64,000 nucleotides of DNA, from NCBI GenBank assembly GCA_028023455.1, contig JAQFVV010000004.1, positions 6,200,001 to 6,264,000 of the forward strand. Direction: 5' to 3'. The stretch is from Epiperipatus broadwayi (taxonomy: Eukaryota > Animalia > Onychophora). Both the position numbers and the translations under genes were made by a program. Below, one piece after another: positions 24,500 to 37,483 of the stretch; within the stretch, counting starts at the first letter, position 1, and each line of letters opens with the position of its first letter. Under the pieces are notes generated by a model. The model did not search any database, was not told where the DNA came from, and saw only the letters and a program-made list of their open reading frames with translations.

Positions 24500-27400
24500 T
24501 CTAGTCAGAATAAAAAATGTCTTTGGCCAATCAAATATATTGGAGTTTGATATTGGTAATGCAGTGGAATTGCGACTATATATTATGTAAATTGAAAATT
24601 TGTTTTGTGCTGAATGATATTTCAAGATAATAAATGAAAAATAGCAGCCCTGCTGTGTTTGGAAGGATGGAAGGTTATTGATATTATAAATATTTTGAGC
24701 AACCAATAGATGAGTCAATCATATATGAGGCCATAGTCAAAAAATTAAATGATAATTTTAGCCTAAAATCATCTCAACACACAGCCATATTAACTCTAAG
24801 GAATAGAAAGCAATATAATGGTGAGACTATTAAAGAGTATAGTATAGCATTGCAGGAATTATCAAAAAATTGTAGTTGTGATTTATAGAACAATTCCTTC
24901 TGGATCAGTTATTATGGGGATCTCAGATGATAGGTTTTGTCAAAATTTTACTTATGGAGGCAGATTTAATTTACAAAAATGCAATTAAGAAGGTAATAGC
25001 TTATGAGATAGTAATTGAACAGCTCTGGTATTCAGAAATAGAAATGAAAAAGATTCGAAAATGTTAGTGTTAAAACAGAGAGAACACATGAGAACAAAAA
25101 ATGGTGGGTTAACAATGTAAAAAATAAGAAAGTAATTTGTTTTTGCTGCGAAGCAATGAGCTATTTTGAATGGTTTGCAAATGGAAAAATAAGACATGTT
25201 ACTAGTGTAAAGTTAGAGGTCATCTAGCAAAAGTATGTACAAATGCTGAAACTTTACAAAAGAATATAGTGAATCCGAAAATAAAAAGCTGAAGAGAAGA
25301 AAATTAAGTAGCATTCACACAATAAAAAATATAAAAGCAATAGTGGAAAACAAGTTCATGACAAAAATAGATGTGGGGTACAGAAGTGGAACTGGAAATA
25401 AATAGTGGCGGGATCCATTAATATTGGATTCACTATGGAACAAAATAAGTTCAGGAAAAAATAACTTGAGGTACAAGATGTAAGTGGAAATGAGATTGAT
25501 ATTAAGAAAGTAGAGGTAAAACTTCCTTTGTATATAGTGAAACTGGATATTCTTCCCATTATAAGGTGTGAATAGTTTGATGTCATCAGAACAAATATTA
25601 GTATAATGAAAAATATTACGATTGAATGAGAAATGACACAAACTTTTCCTAGTTATTTGAGAATGATTTAGGTTTGATGAATATAAATCCGGTGGATATG
25701 GAATTAGTGGAGAATGCAAATCCAATAACATGTATATCATTCAGGCAATGTGCCAAAATGGAAAAAAACTTCAGGGTTTAGTTGCAGCAAATGAAGTATT
25801 GATGCCTGCTGAAGTTTCAGAGTGGCCACGCCTATTGTAGTTATAAGAAAACAAACACAGACCAGATTTTGTGGGGATTACAGAGTTACCATAAATAAGT
25901 TTTTAAATAAGGGGGCCTATCTGATGCCAAATGTGTGACAAATATTGGCAGTATTAGCAAATGCAAAAGTTTTTATGAAGCTGGATTTAAATTCAGCATA
26001 CCACTAAATAGCAATGACAGAAAGAAAGATACAAATGCTAATACTAGCAATGCCTTGAGGTCTGTTTAAATGTAACAGATTATTATTCAGTGTAACTACA
26101 GGCCTCAATTTTTTCAAGCAAAAATAATTAATATTTAACAAGGTTTGGAGGGAGTGGTACAGTATTATGATGACATACTGATTTCTGCAGAGTCACAGGA
26201 AATATTGCGTTAAAGAATAAGAAAGGTGCGTGAAAGGTTAAATAGAATGGGGGTTAGACTAAATGCTGAAAAATCAGTACGGCAAACAAATTAGTTTTTC
26301 TCGGACATATCATTTCAAAAAAAGAGAAATGGCTGTTTCCCAAAAAAGTGAGGACTGTTAAAAATGCTGATAAAACAAAAAATGTAAAGCAATGACAGGC
26401 TTTTCTTGGCTTGATTAATTTTTTTGAACCGTTTCTTAAAAATAAAGTAATGGTTGCACAGCTGTTTATATGAGTTGTTAAAAAAGAACTAGAAATGTAA
26501 TGTAGCTTTTGAAAAGACTAAGGAAATGTTGGTGTCTGGTAAGTTGATACTGCATTTTAACAATAATCAACTAGTTCAAATTACAACTGATGCATTAGAT
26601 TGACATGTGAGTGCAGTTTTATTACATATGAGTGATAATGAGGAGTATCCAACAGCATATGCTTGGTGCACGCTATTGAAGGCTGAAAGGAACTACAGTC
26701 AAATCAACAAAGAGAAGTTGGCTATAGTATTTTATTAAAAAATTTCCACCACTACGTATTTGGAAGATCATTTAAAATAGTGACAGATCATAAATTTTTG
26801 TTAGGTATCTTTTCCCACAATTGGATACTTCCTGAACATTTAAGCCTGATAATGTTGTGACAGCAAAATATTCTTACTGGGTATGATTATGAATTAAATT
26901 TTAAAAAAAAAAGAGATAATCCATGCAGATGTGTTATCACATTGCCAAATAGTACAGAACTTTATCAAATGAAACACAGATAAATCACATAGATGTGATG
27001 AAATCAAAAACTTTAAACAGTTAGGTAGTAGATAGTTGGACTAAAAAGAATAAGGGATATCAAATTTTGGTAAAGTGGATTGTCAGGTTGGCTGAACAAA
27101 AAGCTTATATATCTTGTACAGGGATTTAGGGCTAAAAAAGATAAACTATCAATATGCAATGACTGCATAATTTTTAGAGGTAGGATAGTGCTATCTATTG
27201 CTGGTAGGCAAATAGTTTTAAACTTACTGCATGGGGTATCTAGATGTGGTTTGAGCTAAAGCTCTGGCACACACAGTTATGTTTGGTGACCTAGAATTAA
27301 TGATGACATTGAGAAGTTCATAAAGTGATCAGCATATCAGGAGGAAATACAACTCCAAGCAAAGAATTTGACAGTGTGGCCTTTATCAACCCAGACCATG

Positions 27401-28293
27401 GGAAAGAGATTAAATTGATCATGCATGACCAATTAAGGGAAAAATACCGCTGATAATGATTGACTCATTTTCAATGTGGATTGAATGCCATAAAGTAGTA
27501 AATAATACAGGAACAGATGAAATTATGAAATATAATAAAATTTTTGCAGTACATGGTTTTTCCCAAAATTGCTGTACCTGACACTGGAGCAGGATTCAGG
27601 GGACACATAATGTAACAGTATTGTGAAAGTAAAGGGCATTAGACGTATTTGGAAACCAATGTATTACCCTCAAGTTGAACTAACAGGCAGAAAAAGCGGT
27701 TAAACGAATGAAAAAAAAAATCTATGGAAGGTAAAGAGATCGGATATTCAAAAAGCATTACAATGTTATGTCATTATTTCACACCATCTATAGCAACAGG
27801 AAAATCACTGGCAGGATTGTTTTTTAAGGAAGTCACAGGTTAAATTATCACTACTTCAACCAGTAAAAAAGAATTTGTTAGTTAATAGTAAACAACATAC
27901 AAACTTTAGTGTTGGAGAGATAATATGGGTGATATTCTTCTGTCTAAGAAATGGATGAAAGGAGTTATTGATAAGATAATGGTGAATCAAATTTGCAAAT
28001 TCAAAGGCAGAATAATATTTAATATACTAGGCATATAAATCATGTTAGAAGGTGTGAAGAAGATGACACCCAATTTCTATGGTCATTGGACACAAAATTA
28101 GAGTGAAAGTCAAACCAAATTTGAAGGAAAGTATAGAAATTGAAAAATGAGAAAGAAAAGCCACGAAATACAATGAAATTATACATGGAAAGCAAAATGG
28201 TGGAAAAGGCAGATGGCAAATCAAACTGGCCAGTACATGAGAATCATAAGTTGTATAAAATACATAGAGGGCTTTTTCTGGAGTGGTGAAAGA
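24500..28293 (+). mobile_element. Ty3/Gypsy internal region (gag-pol), decayed
   Basis: gag RNRKQYNGETIKEY and CCHC knuckle (CKVRGHLAKVC). RT KLDLNSAYH and YYDDILIS (about 26160). RNase H AERNYSQ and IVTDHK. Integrase IDSFSMWIE and AEKAVKRMK after RNase H (Gypsy order). Purine-rich tract before the 3' LTR. Multiple stops. Confidence 0.92.
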
Positions 28294-28771
28294 TGTGTTA
28301 TATTTATAAATGGATGAGTTAATAAGAAATGTTACAATGTAATTTGAAGTATAGAAAATGAGAAAGTGGGGATTTTAAAAGGCATGTTGAATTTTAAAAG
28401 CATTCTAGAGGAAAAGATAAATAAGAATTCGGGAAAAAAGAATGACTTAAGGAAATGAGAATAAATGTATAGTGGTGTTTGTATAAATATTAATACTGAA
28501 TTAAGTTTTTTTTTTGTTTTGAAATAATAAAAAGAAAATATGTAATATATGTTAGTCTAATTAACGAAAAGAAAATGAACTGATTAAATCTGTAATTAAT
28601 GAAATAAAAAGTTGAGCAAAAATAACTTGAATTAATAAGACAGAAAATAATTAGACTGTCTGAATAAATTCAAATATGCCAATTGAATCTGTAAATACAG
28701 AATTTAATTAGTGAGAAGATATTCAGAAATATATAAAAAGTGAAAAAGAAAATGCAGAAATTCTCCATTTT
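28294..28771 (+). mobile_element. 3' LTR of Gypsy element
   Basis: Starts TGTGTTATAT after gagtggtgaaaga and is homologous to 22861-23561. Confidence 0.82.
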
Positions 28772-29100
28772 AGTTTATGATCCTTGGTGCCATATTGAAT
28801 TTTTAAAAAACTGACTTGAGACACAATTTTCATAATAACTTCAGTTTTAATAATGTTAGAATAAAAAGCTTTACATTAATAGAAACTAAAAAAATTAATA
28901 AAAACAATAAGGCTAAGACAAATAGCGATTACCATTAAAAAATAAAAAAAAAGAAATTTCAACATCCAACATAATTATTACTTTATTGTTAGTTGATAAT
29001 TTCTAATTTATCATTAACTAAGTCTAAATTACATCTTCATTGATAATTTCTTTGTATTCCTCACAAAATTATCTTTCAAATCATATATAATCCTTCTTAC

Positions 29101-29238
29101 CTGAGATAACGCATGGCTTCAGGATCTCCGAAAGTATTTGCATATGAATTCTTTTTTATCTTGTACCTCAAAAGTTGACAAATCATTTCCCGAAGGTGGA
29201 TACACATTTGTCATCATAGCAATTGACTTCTTGTCTAT
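29101..29238 (-). CDS. PLCE1: Candidate PLCE1 exon downstream of RA2, containing an in-frame TGA
   Basis: Acceptor tttctagttttag, strong donor CAG|GTAAGA, length 138 nt. Phase 0 reads IDKKSIAMMTNVYPPSGNDLSTFEVQDKKEFICKYFRRS*SHALSQ. All three frames contain a stop. Confidence 0.55.
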
Positions 29239-30259
29239 CTAAAACTAGAAACTGTAGGTTACTGATAAAATGAATTTCATCTCTTCATTTTATATTTTTT
29301 TGTGTACATCAATGGCGTTTATATTCTTTATGCACACTAGTGATGCTATCTTGTTATATTTATTGTCCTACAGAGAGAGAATTTACTTGCATATAGCTCA
29401 TTTGCTAGCTATATAGACTTGAAAATAATGTCATGCAAGATGTGGCAAAACTACTGATTCCACAGCATGAGTACCAGGGCATAGGCAAGAATCAGAATTT
29501 GATTCTTTGCCTGCATGCAATTCCATGTGGTATATACATAACTATTGTGGTTATCTCCAGACACACACACACACACACCATATGAAATCTCTTTTTATTG
29601 GTTTTAAGTGTTTATATTTTCACATGGCACTATGCCAAGTAAATTTTGTGATTGCTTTGTCAACTGCAAAATTTCTGAATATTTGATAATCAGTCCTAAA
29701 ATTTACATTGTACTGCTCTATAATACCTTAATTTTTATATATATAGACATTACTTGTTAGACCTGCATTTGCAAACACAAAGACAGTAATACAAATATAA
29801 ACATAGTAATAAATTATTAAACATTTTGAGAATCATTATGTCTATAAAATAAGGTTGCCTAAACTTAGATCAGAGCCTCAAAATTACATAAACTACTTTT
29901 GTTATATTTGAATATAAATTTATATACATATAATAAAGAGCATAAATGATTTAATATTATGTAATTTATATACTATACAGACACCAATATAAATGTAAAC
30001 ATACCATCTATCAAATAATTTATTATTCAAATAAATAAAAAATAAAAATTTTTAATACTCATGACCCGATATTCTGATTATGTTTCAAAGGCCTTGAAAT
30101 GCAAATTATCTCGCATTTTTAATCCATTTTAGTAGGCTCTTTGGCTGTTTAAAAATTTCTGCCTTTATCTTCTCCATGAAAACTAATAAAATGAGCAGAA
30201 AATAAAAAAATTAAATGAATCTATTAACAAAAAAAATCATAAAAAATTTAAATTTTATT

Positions 30260-30960
30260 GGATTCCGACATGAGTTATGCCATTAAAAAGAGACTTTTAA
30301 AGCAGCAACAAATGCTGGGATTTCTATTGATGTCATAGTAGTTTTCACCCAATTTTAAAAAGAACACAAAATTTCAACAAAGCACTGCTGCAGCGCTGTG
30401 TTGAATCTGCAAACAGTAAGCGTGTTAGCTGTCATCAGCCAGTTAACAGAAAAAATATATATTGGAGAGTTAGCATGGCAAAACATCATGGAGATACCAG
30501 CCCCAGTTATCTGAAAATTAATGAGCTGGTTAGAACTTTATAAAAATCATCCTGATTTTATTATTATTTCATATATGTGTGACAAAGCTCTCCGACGATT
30601 TACTACTAAATAGTAAAATAGAAATATATTGCATGATTATTATGAATTTATGGGACATAAATAATAATAGCTATATCTAGTTAAGGATCATTATATTTCA
30701 TAAAAAAAAGAATTGTCGATTACTTTAATAATCTCCATACTTCCTCTTTTTTTTTTTATTCTTCATATAAATAGAGATACAATAAAAGATAAATGACCCC
30801 AAAGACTTTAACTTGTGCAGTTTATAGTTTTGTATCATTGGGGGACATACTGTTTGTTTGTCATATCAATAAAGACTTAATTTTAGTATATTGGGTTTGT
30901 AAATTTATTGACTGCTATTTTAATCTATTTTGCTGTGATATTTTAATAGTTTGTTTTGCT
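30260..30960 (+). repeat. Second copy of the unclassified repeat (no fold-back insertion)
   Basis: Aligns with 23590-23911 and 24313-24385. Translates with frameshifts to VLAVISQLTEKIYIGELAWQNIMEIP..SYLKINELVRTL. Confidence 0.7.
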
Positions 30961-31379
30961 AAATACATATAGCAATATGTATTTGACTTTTTTTTAATAA
31001 TAATTTTTGTTACCAAATTATCCATTTATTGAAGTGACATCTTTCTTGTTCGTATCTAAAATAACATATTATTGTAATCACATCTATTTTTTTCCTCTTT
31101 AGATTTATAATTTTATCTCCTTCTATTACACATAATTCTTTACAAAGACTTTCATCATTAAATTTTAGTAATAAACTAAAGTATATTTTCTCTACATAAT
31201 TTTTTCTAGTTGATAATCTTTTTTATATGGAGTATTAAAATATGCAAACAAAGTATAATTAAAAAATAAAATATTAGAAAATTGTAGAACTAATTTGAAA
31301 TAAAAACCATGAATATAATATGAAATACCTTAAGACAATATAAAAAATAGATCAAGACATAATACAGTATTAAAATTAC

Positions 31380-31601
31380 CTGTTCTCTCTCTTTCAATAC
31401 AAATTTTCCTGTAGTTGTCCACTCAGATTGAGCCTGAAATACATTCTCATCATCTAGAAGAATCCGAATGTCTGATTTGGCACTTGTGCGACGACGTAAT
31501 GACCCACTAGGAGTATCAGGCATCTGACTATAGATGCCTTCGGTTTCTTCTACAAGCACAAAATGCAAAGGATCTTCTAATCGACGAGCTTTAACAAGAG
31601 C
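31380..31601 (-). CDS. PLCE1: PLC-epsilon exon, C-terminal half of RA2 domain
   Basis: atgcattag|...|gtaatt, 222 nt, phase 0-0: ALVKARRLEDPLHFVLVEE...RILLDDENVFQAQSEWTTTGKFVLKEREQ. This matches the recalled human PLCE1 RA2 segment [29 protein letters not shown]. Confidence 0.92.
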
Positions 31602-32841
31602 CTAATGCATTGGGAAAAAAAAATTTTTTTTAATAAAGTGATAATGTTAGAAAATTTGAGATTAGAAAAGATGAATATATATGTTGGTATAGTTAAATGT
31701 AGTCTAATTATGGCAGCCAGAAAAAACACAGAAAATGAAAGAATAAAAAGTTAAAGAAATAAAGTAAAAATAAAAAAAAGGAAGTTAGAATTGTTATATG
31801 TATGGTTAAATAATGAAAATGTAGTTGAACTAACACACAATACTATTGATACAGTGACTGATAGCATGGCAGCCTTATGATAACCAGGCCTGTATTAATC
31901 TACATGAAAGAAGACTAGATAAAAGTTTGTTAGATAAGGTATAACAATGACTAATTTATAAATGTTGTATCAAGAAGATATTTATACCATCTTATTCTAA
32001 TTTATTTGTCTCAAACTAATGTTAATACATTCATATAAACCTCTTTTAGGAAAATTTATATCGGATTTAAAAATTATTTTTTATAATTTGTAAGTCTATC
32101 ACAAGCAGTGATAGAGTGTCGGATTCTGGAAGATTAAGACCTAGGATCGAATTTGGTGCTGATACTTCCAGCATTTAAATCTCTTATCAATTCATAAGCA
32201 ATAAAACCATTTGAATATCTTATTGGTATTTAAAATTTTTAGCATAGATGATTGCCTTTTATTGTCACCTAAGAGCTTATTAATGTAGCATTATATATTG
32301 AAAGTCTAATAAGATCTGTGTATACATTTTTTAATTAGAACTCAGCCAATGAAGCAGCAATAATTAAAATCTGGATCAGAAGCTAAAATCACATCTTTCA
32401 AGTAGAGAATCTTTATTTAGATAAGACAAATAAAAATACTTTTGTCAAATGATGCAATTTTAGTTTCCAATTCAATTTTTAATTGATTGCCTGCCCACTT
32501 AGCTATATCATAGCTGATAAATAAGAAGATAACTGATATTCTACATTTGATTTGGGTGACGTTGGAATTTCTCATAGAATAATATAGCTTTGGAAAGCTA
32601 TTCTAATATTATACAGTTTGTCTGTTATTCTTGGTAAATAAGGATATAGTATTCTCTATAATTGTTTTTTATTTCGATATTTCTTTTTATTGTCTACGAC
32701 AATAGCAAATAACCCCTAAATCAACCTAATGTGATAACTTATAATGTTTGGAAACCACTTGTAAATTTTGTCCTTAAAAAAAAAAAGTTAAGAAATTAGG
32801 TCATAGGTAAATATATGCAATTTCTTCTGACAGTTGTCTTT

Positions 32842-33023
32842 GAAAGAATGGCCCAATTGTCTAAAGCATTACTTTAAAATCAATCTTTTATTCATTTAAA
32901 AACTCCTGGTTCAATTTTCAAACGGCTATTGCGATTGGTCAAGCCAGCAACACCTGAAAAAGAGAGGAGAATAATACCACTTGAAACATTGTGTTATATA
33001 CTACCTATGTGCTACTACTAACA
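32842..33023 (+). mobile_element. Degenerate copy of the tRNA-headed hammerhead-bearing element
   Basis: A-box-like TGGCCCAATTG and B-box-like GGTTCAATT, then GCCAGCAACACCTGAAAAAGAGAGGAGAATAATACCACTTGAAACATTGTGTT, homologous to 50066-50245. Confidence 0.7.
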
Positions 33024-33229
33024 TATGAATGCTTTTGAAAATTTTAAATAAAGTTTGAATTTGTGAAACAAATATAACTAGTACAAAAAAAAAAAAACAA
33101 TTTACCAGTAAATTTTCAATTGAGGAAAGAATATATAAGGACAAGAAGAAATACAAAAATATTTTTAAACGATCCATTAAGATTAATAGAATATCTAGAG
33201 TTCTGTAAAATGATACAAAAAGAAAGGTT

Positions 33230-33560
33230 AATAAAAACAAGAAAATATATGTGAATTAGTAAGAAAATCCATAGAAGAGAATAAAAGTATAAAACAATAT
33301 CTTGGTATTAGAAAATAAATTATTTCAGCAATAAGAAAAAAGGATAAAATTATTACTGAAAAGAAGGACTAAACTATGAAATGTGTGGAAGTTATACAAA
33401 GAATTAGATAACAAAAAATTAGAAAACAAAATAATTATTGAAATTATTAAAACTTCTGAACTACTAAGCATCTTAAATAAAGTGAGATATACAATTAAAT
33501 CTATGAAGGATAAAATTCCAGAAAATGATGAAATTATTGATATGTAATATATCCAGGGTC
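33230..33560 (+). mobile_element. RTE-like LINE fragment (EN-RT linker), probably part of the element resuming at about 34630
   Basis: Purine-rich remnant reading KDKIITEK...IKSMKDKIPENDEII. Degenerate. Confidence 0.4.
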
Positions 33561-34629
33561 AATGCAGTCAGTTGGCAGCTGGATAATTATATAAAATAAA
33601 ACTACCAAAGTTTAAATAAATTTCAAGTTTATTTACTCTAAATAATAATAATTGCATTAGTAAGGAGTAATAATTCAATTCACTATTTGCTAGCTGAGAA
33701 CAAGTTCATATCACTCTTCTTTAATTCTAATGTTTGTAATTCTATAATTCTGTAAGCACCTTACTGCTCACATACATTATTTTAGAAATAATCCAATTAG
33801 ATTCTTGACTAGAACACTTCTCAATTAATTTCAAAACAACTTCACTTTTACTAATTTATCTTTTCCACTAGTTTATTTTTATTCTCTTCTCATTTGATTC
33901 TTCTGCAGATTTTTTATCAGCTTTGCTGGTTTGCACAAAGTCATGCAAATTAATTTTGTAATGAAAACGGTTCCCCCCCCCCCCATATTGTATATATATA
34001 ACTATACGCACATACGCGTAATTATAATGCAATAGTTTATAAAAGTAATTCTATATCCTTACGGTATTTCTCTAAGACAATTAATCAGGTTTTGGTGAAA
34101 CTCGGACAGGCCACGGTATTCAAAGTAGTATAACTAACTTAATTAATAATATGATGCAATTTATTTAAGTATGGCACTAATTCAATATTTATTTTGAAAA
34201 ATTTACTTCTATTTCTCGCCCAGCATATTTATGGACATCACTTTCCGACTCTAAGCGCCAATCTTATTTATATATAAGAATTATGCTAGAAGAGATGGAG
34301 TGCTGATAAGTGATAATTAGAAAAACCCTGCCACTAGCTAGCTCACTCAGGGCGGGTAGTTATTAACTGTGGGAAATATACGAAGTCTAGCAATATGCAA
34401 ATATATGCTTAATCGAATTACCTGACTCTTACACTAACTCAAATTTATCTCCCTGCATTCTCCATAAAACTCGAAATAAAGAAACAACACAGATATGGAT
34501 ATATTTTCACTTAATTAATAAATCACGAAGTATAATATTATTATTTTGTGCTTTGCTATCATATTAACATTAAAAGCTTGTACACACACACACACCTTTA
34601 TTTATTCTTCATGTATTCACACAGCAGTA

Positions 34630-35870
34630 TCTTAAAAGAAGAAATAGAAACACTCAGCAAAATCATATATCAAATGTCAAAATAATAAATAGGGTACCAG
34701 ATGATAATACAATAATAATACTGATATTTAAGAAAAATGATGTGATTTTTGCCCAGTGAGCCATACCCAAATACTAAAAGAAGTACAGAAAGAACCAATG
34801 AATATAAGTTGTCATCATATTTTTCTTTTGTAGGTTGTGAAAAGGATTTGATTCTGTATTTCCACAGTGATTAAAATTTCCAATTATCAAGATAAAGATC
34901 CAGGATAATATCATATCTGAATATTCATCAAATATGCAATTGTAATGATTACAACAGCAATGATTAAAATCTATGGTTGCACTAAAAAAGATTGATGTTG
35001 ATAAATTTACAATAGAATGAATTCATATCTTCCAACCTTTTACAACAGTTTTCCCAAAAATATTTTGTGAATTAAAATAGAAAGGGAATAAAAATACATG
35101 GAGATTATTTAAGTCATCTAGATTTTGCAGATGATATGGTTGTGTGAGCAAATAATAATTCAGAACTTCAAGAAATGTTACAAGAGTTATCAGATGAAAG
35201 TAAAAAAATAGGACTAAAGATAAATACTAAAAAGACCAAAATAATGTTCCATAGAGTTTCTCTGGGAAGATAATAATAAAGATTTATAATCATGATTTAG
35301 AAAAAGCTAAAAGCTTTAAATACTTTGGTCAGATTATTAATACTGATGGAAACATAATGGATGAAATTAATCATAGAATTAAATTTGGATGGAGTGCATT
35401 TGATGAAAATGATTTAATATTAAAAAAAAAAAAGCTTATGTGTTTGAAAAAAAAAAAGTATTTTAATAGATGTAGTATTTTACCAGTTCTTGCTTAATGA
35501 TCTGAGACTTGGACTTAACAGAAGAGAAATTCAAAATCTTCATATCACTCAACAAAGTACGGAGAGATATATGTTTAGAATAACAAGAAGGAAGTGAAAG
35601 CAAAATACTTGGGTAAGAGAACAAACAGATATCATCGACATTATTGAAAAAATCAAAAAACTAAAATGGAAATGGCTGGACCTATTACTAGAAATGATGA
35701 TTAGATGAATAAATGAAATCTGAATCTCAAGAAATTGTAAAAGATTTAGAGATCATTTTGGATGAAATAAAAGTTTGTTGGATATGGTATGGAGAAGTGA
35801 GGCTACGGATCAGAGAAACAGGATTAAACTTGTAGAGGTCTTCATCTTGCAACCGACTGATAATGATTGG
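34630..35870 (+). mobile_element. RTE-clade LINE, same family as 20742-22140, opposite orientation
   Basis: Remnants ERTNEYKL..FDSV and GDYLSHLDFADDMV (about 35100-35140), plus the 3' end tcttcatcttgcaaccgactgataatgat. Nucleotide stretches match the 21-kb copy by eye. Confidence 0.85.
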
Positions 35871-37483
35871 AAATTATTATATATGTACATACATATTTAT
35901 GGTTGTGCTTGCTTCTTGATTATAAAATGCAACATAATTAATAATTGTGCACGATGGTTTTGGTTGTGAACTTTGATGATTTTTTTGACATTAAATCATT
36001 GCACAATATATGTGTGACTATTACCTAAATTTCGTTTAAAAAAGAAAACTAATAAAAAGAAATATAGTTACATCCATGATTAAGACAATGTAATATTATG
36101 CTATAATTAGAAGTCAGAATCTAAAAGAAATCAATGTTACAATAGCAATTAATTATTTATGCAATCATATATTAGTATATCCGAAAATAAAATGACAGTT
36201 GCATTAAAAAATTAATCTATTTCAAAATTTAAAGTTAGTTGTTTAGAAAACAATTGCATCTAGTAATAAAATATGCAAAAATACTAAAAATTGTGAACTT
36301 GGATTTTCAAGTTTTAAAAGGGAATGTTATAAATATGAACAATTGACTTGTATAGCCTGGGAGTTTACAGGAAGTTTGGGTATTGGAAGTGACAGAATTC
36401 AGTTGCAACTCATAGCCTTTGAGCTCAAAAATCTGCCGATTGACACTTGTTCAAAATAAGAAGAGTTGTTTTTATATTTATTAATAAATAGGGATAAAAT
36501 TTTTTTTAGTATTAAATGCTTTTATTTACCATGCACTAAATAGCAAAAAAAAATTAAATAATTGTCTCTTCAATCACAATGGAATTTTTTAGATGGGGAG
36601 GGGGGGGGGCAGAAATGAATTAAAAATCAAAATAAGGATTGACTAATTAATTTCTGGATCTCTCCACACTTTTATTTCAAATTAAATCTAAAACCCTCAT
36701 TGTTTGCAGAAACAATTATTTTTTTTTTTGCTTCTTAGTGCAAGATAAATAAAAGCATTTAATATAAAAAAAATTTAAATTTCTGTTGTGTTTGGTCTGA
36801 ATTGCAGATTTCAGGCTCAAACTAACAGTGATATCAATAAAAATATGAACACTCGATAAATACAGTTGATGTAGATAAACGTAGTTGATATTGTACTGGT
36901 CATGTCGCATTCACTTCTAGCTGTATATATTAGCTTGCCTTGTGAATTTTAGTCAAGACTCTTCTTGCTGTACTGGTAGCTTGCCTTGAGTCAGCCATAG
37001 TCTTAGTAGCTTACAGTCCTATCATGAACTTGCCAGTAATGACTATAGTACAAACACCTGCACTGTTGGAAGTAGTTTCAATTGAGAGCATGTTCAGTCA
37101 TTTAGGTTAGACAGATGTTCTTTCTCTCTCTTCTTTCAAAAAGGCTCACTATTTATTGCCAGATCCCCTATCTTACTGACAACAATCAGATTCAGAGAGT
37201 ATCATTGGCTATTGACCCATGCTAACCAATGGTAGGTTTATCCACATGTTTACACATTGGCCATAGTTATGTTTTACCCTTTGGCCATGTTTATACATTG
37301 GTTATCCACATGTTTACACACTGATTAGTGGCCATGAGTGCTCAATCCAATCAGATAAGGAAGAAATCTGGACTATCCCACTTCTGAAGGCAAAATAAGA
37401 AATGACAATTTCTAGTTATTTTTTTAACTTTTTACTAAAAGCACAGTAAATATTTATGTATATCACTAGATATATCTGTAAAA

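Noticed and set aside
25315-25740. 141-aa minus-strand ORF
   Set aside because: It is the antisense shadow of the purine-rich Gypsy protease region, with low-complexity F/L/I content.
29119-29121. Calling the TGA a selenocysteine codon
   Set aside because: I could not identify a SECIS by eye, and PLC-epsilon is not a known selenoprotein. It is kept only as one testable alternative under the frame-puzzle finding.
31290-31568. ORF-track entry as a stand-alone 92-aa gene
   Set aside because: It is the RA2 exon read from an internal Met and past the donor into the intron.
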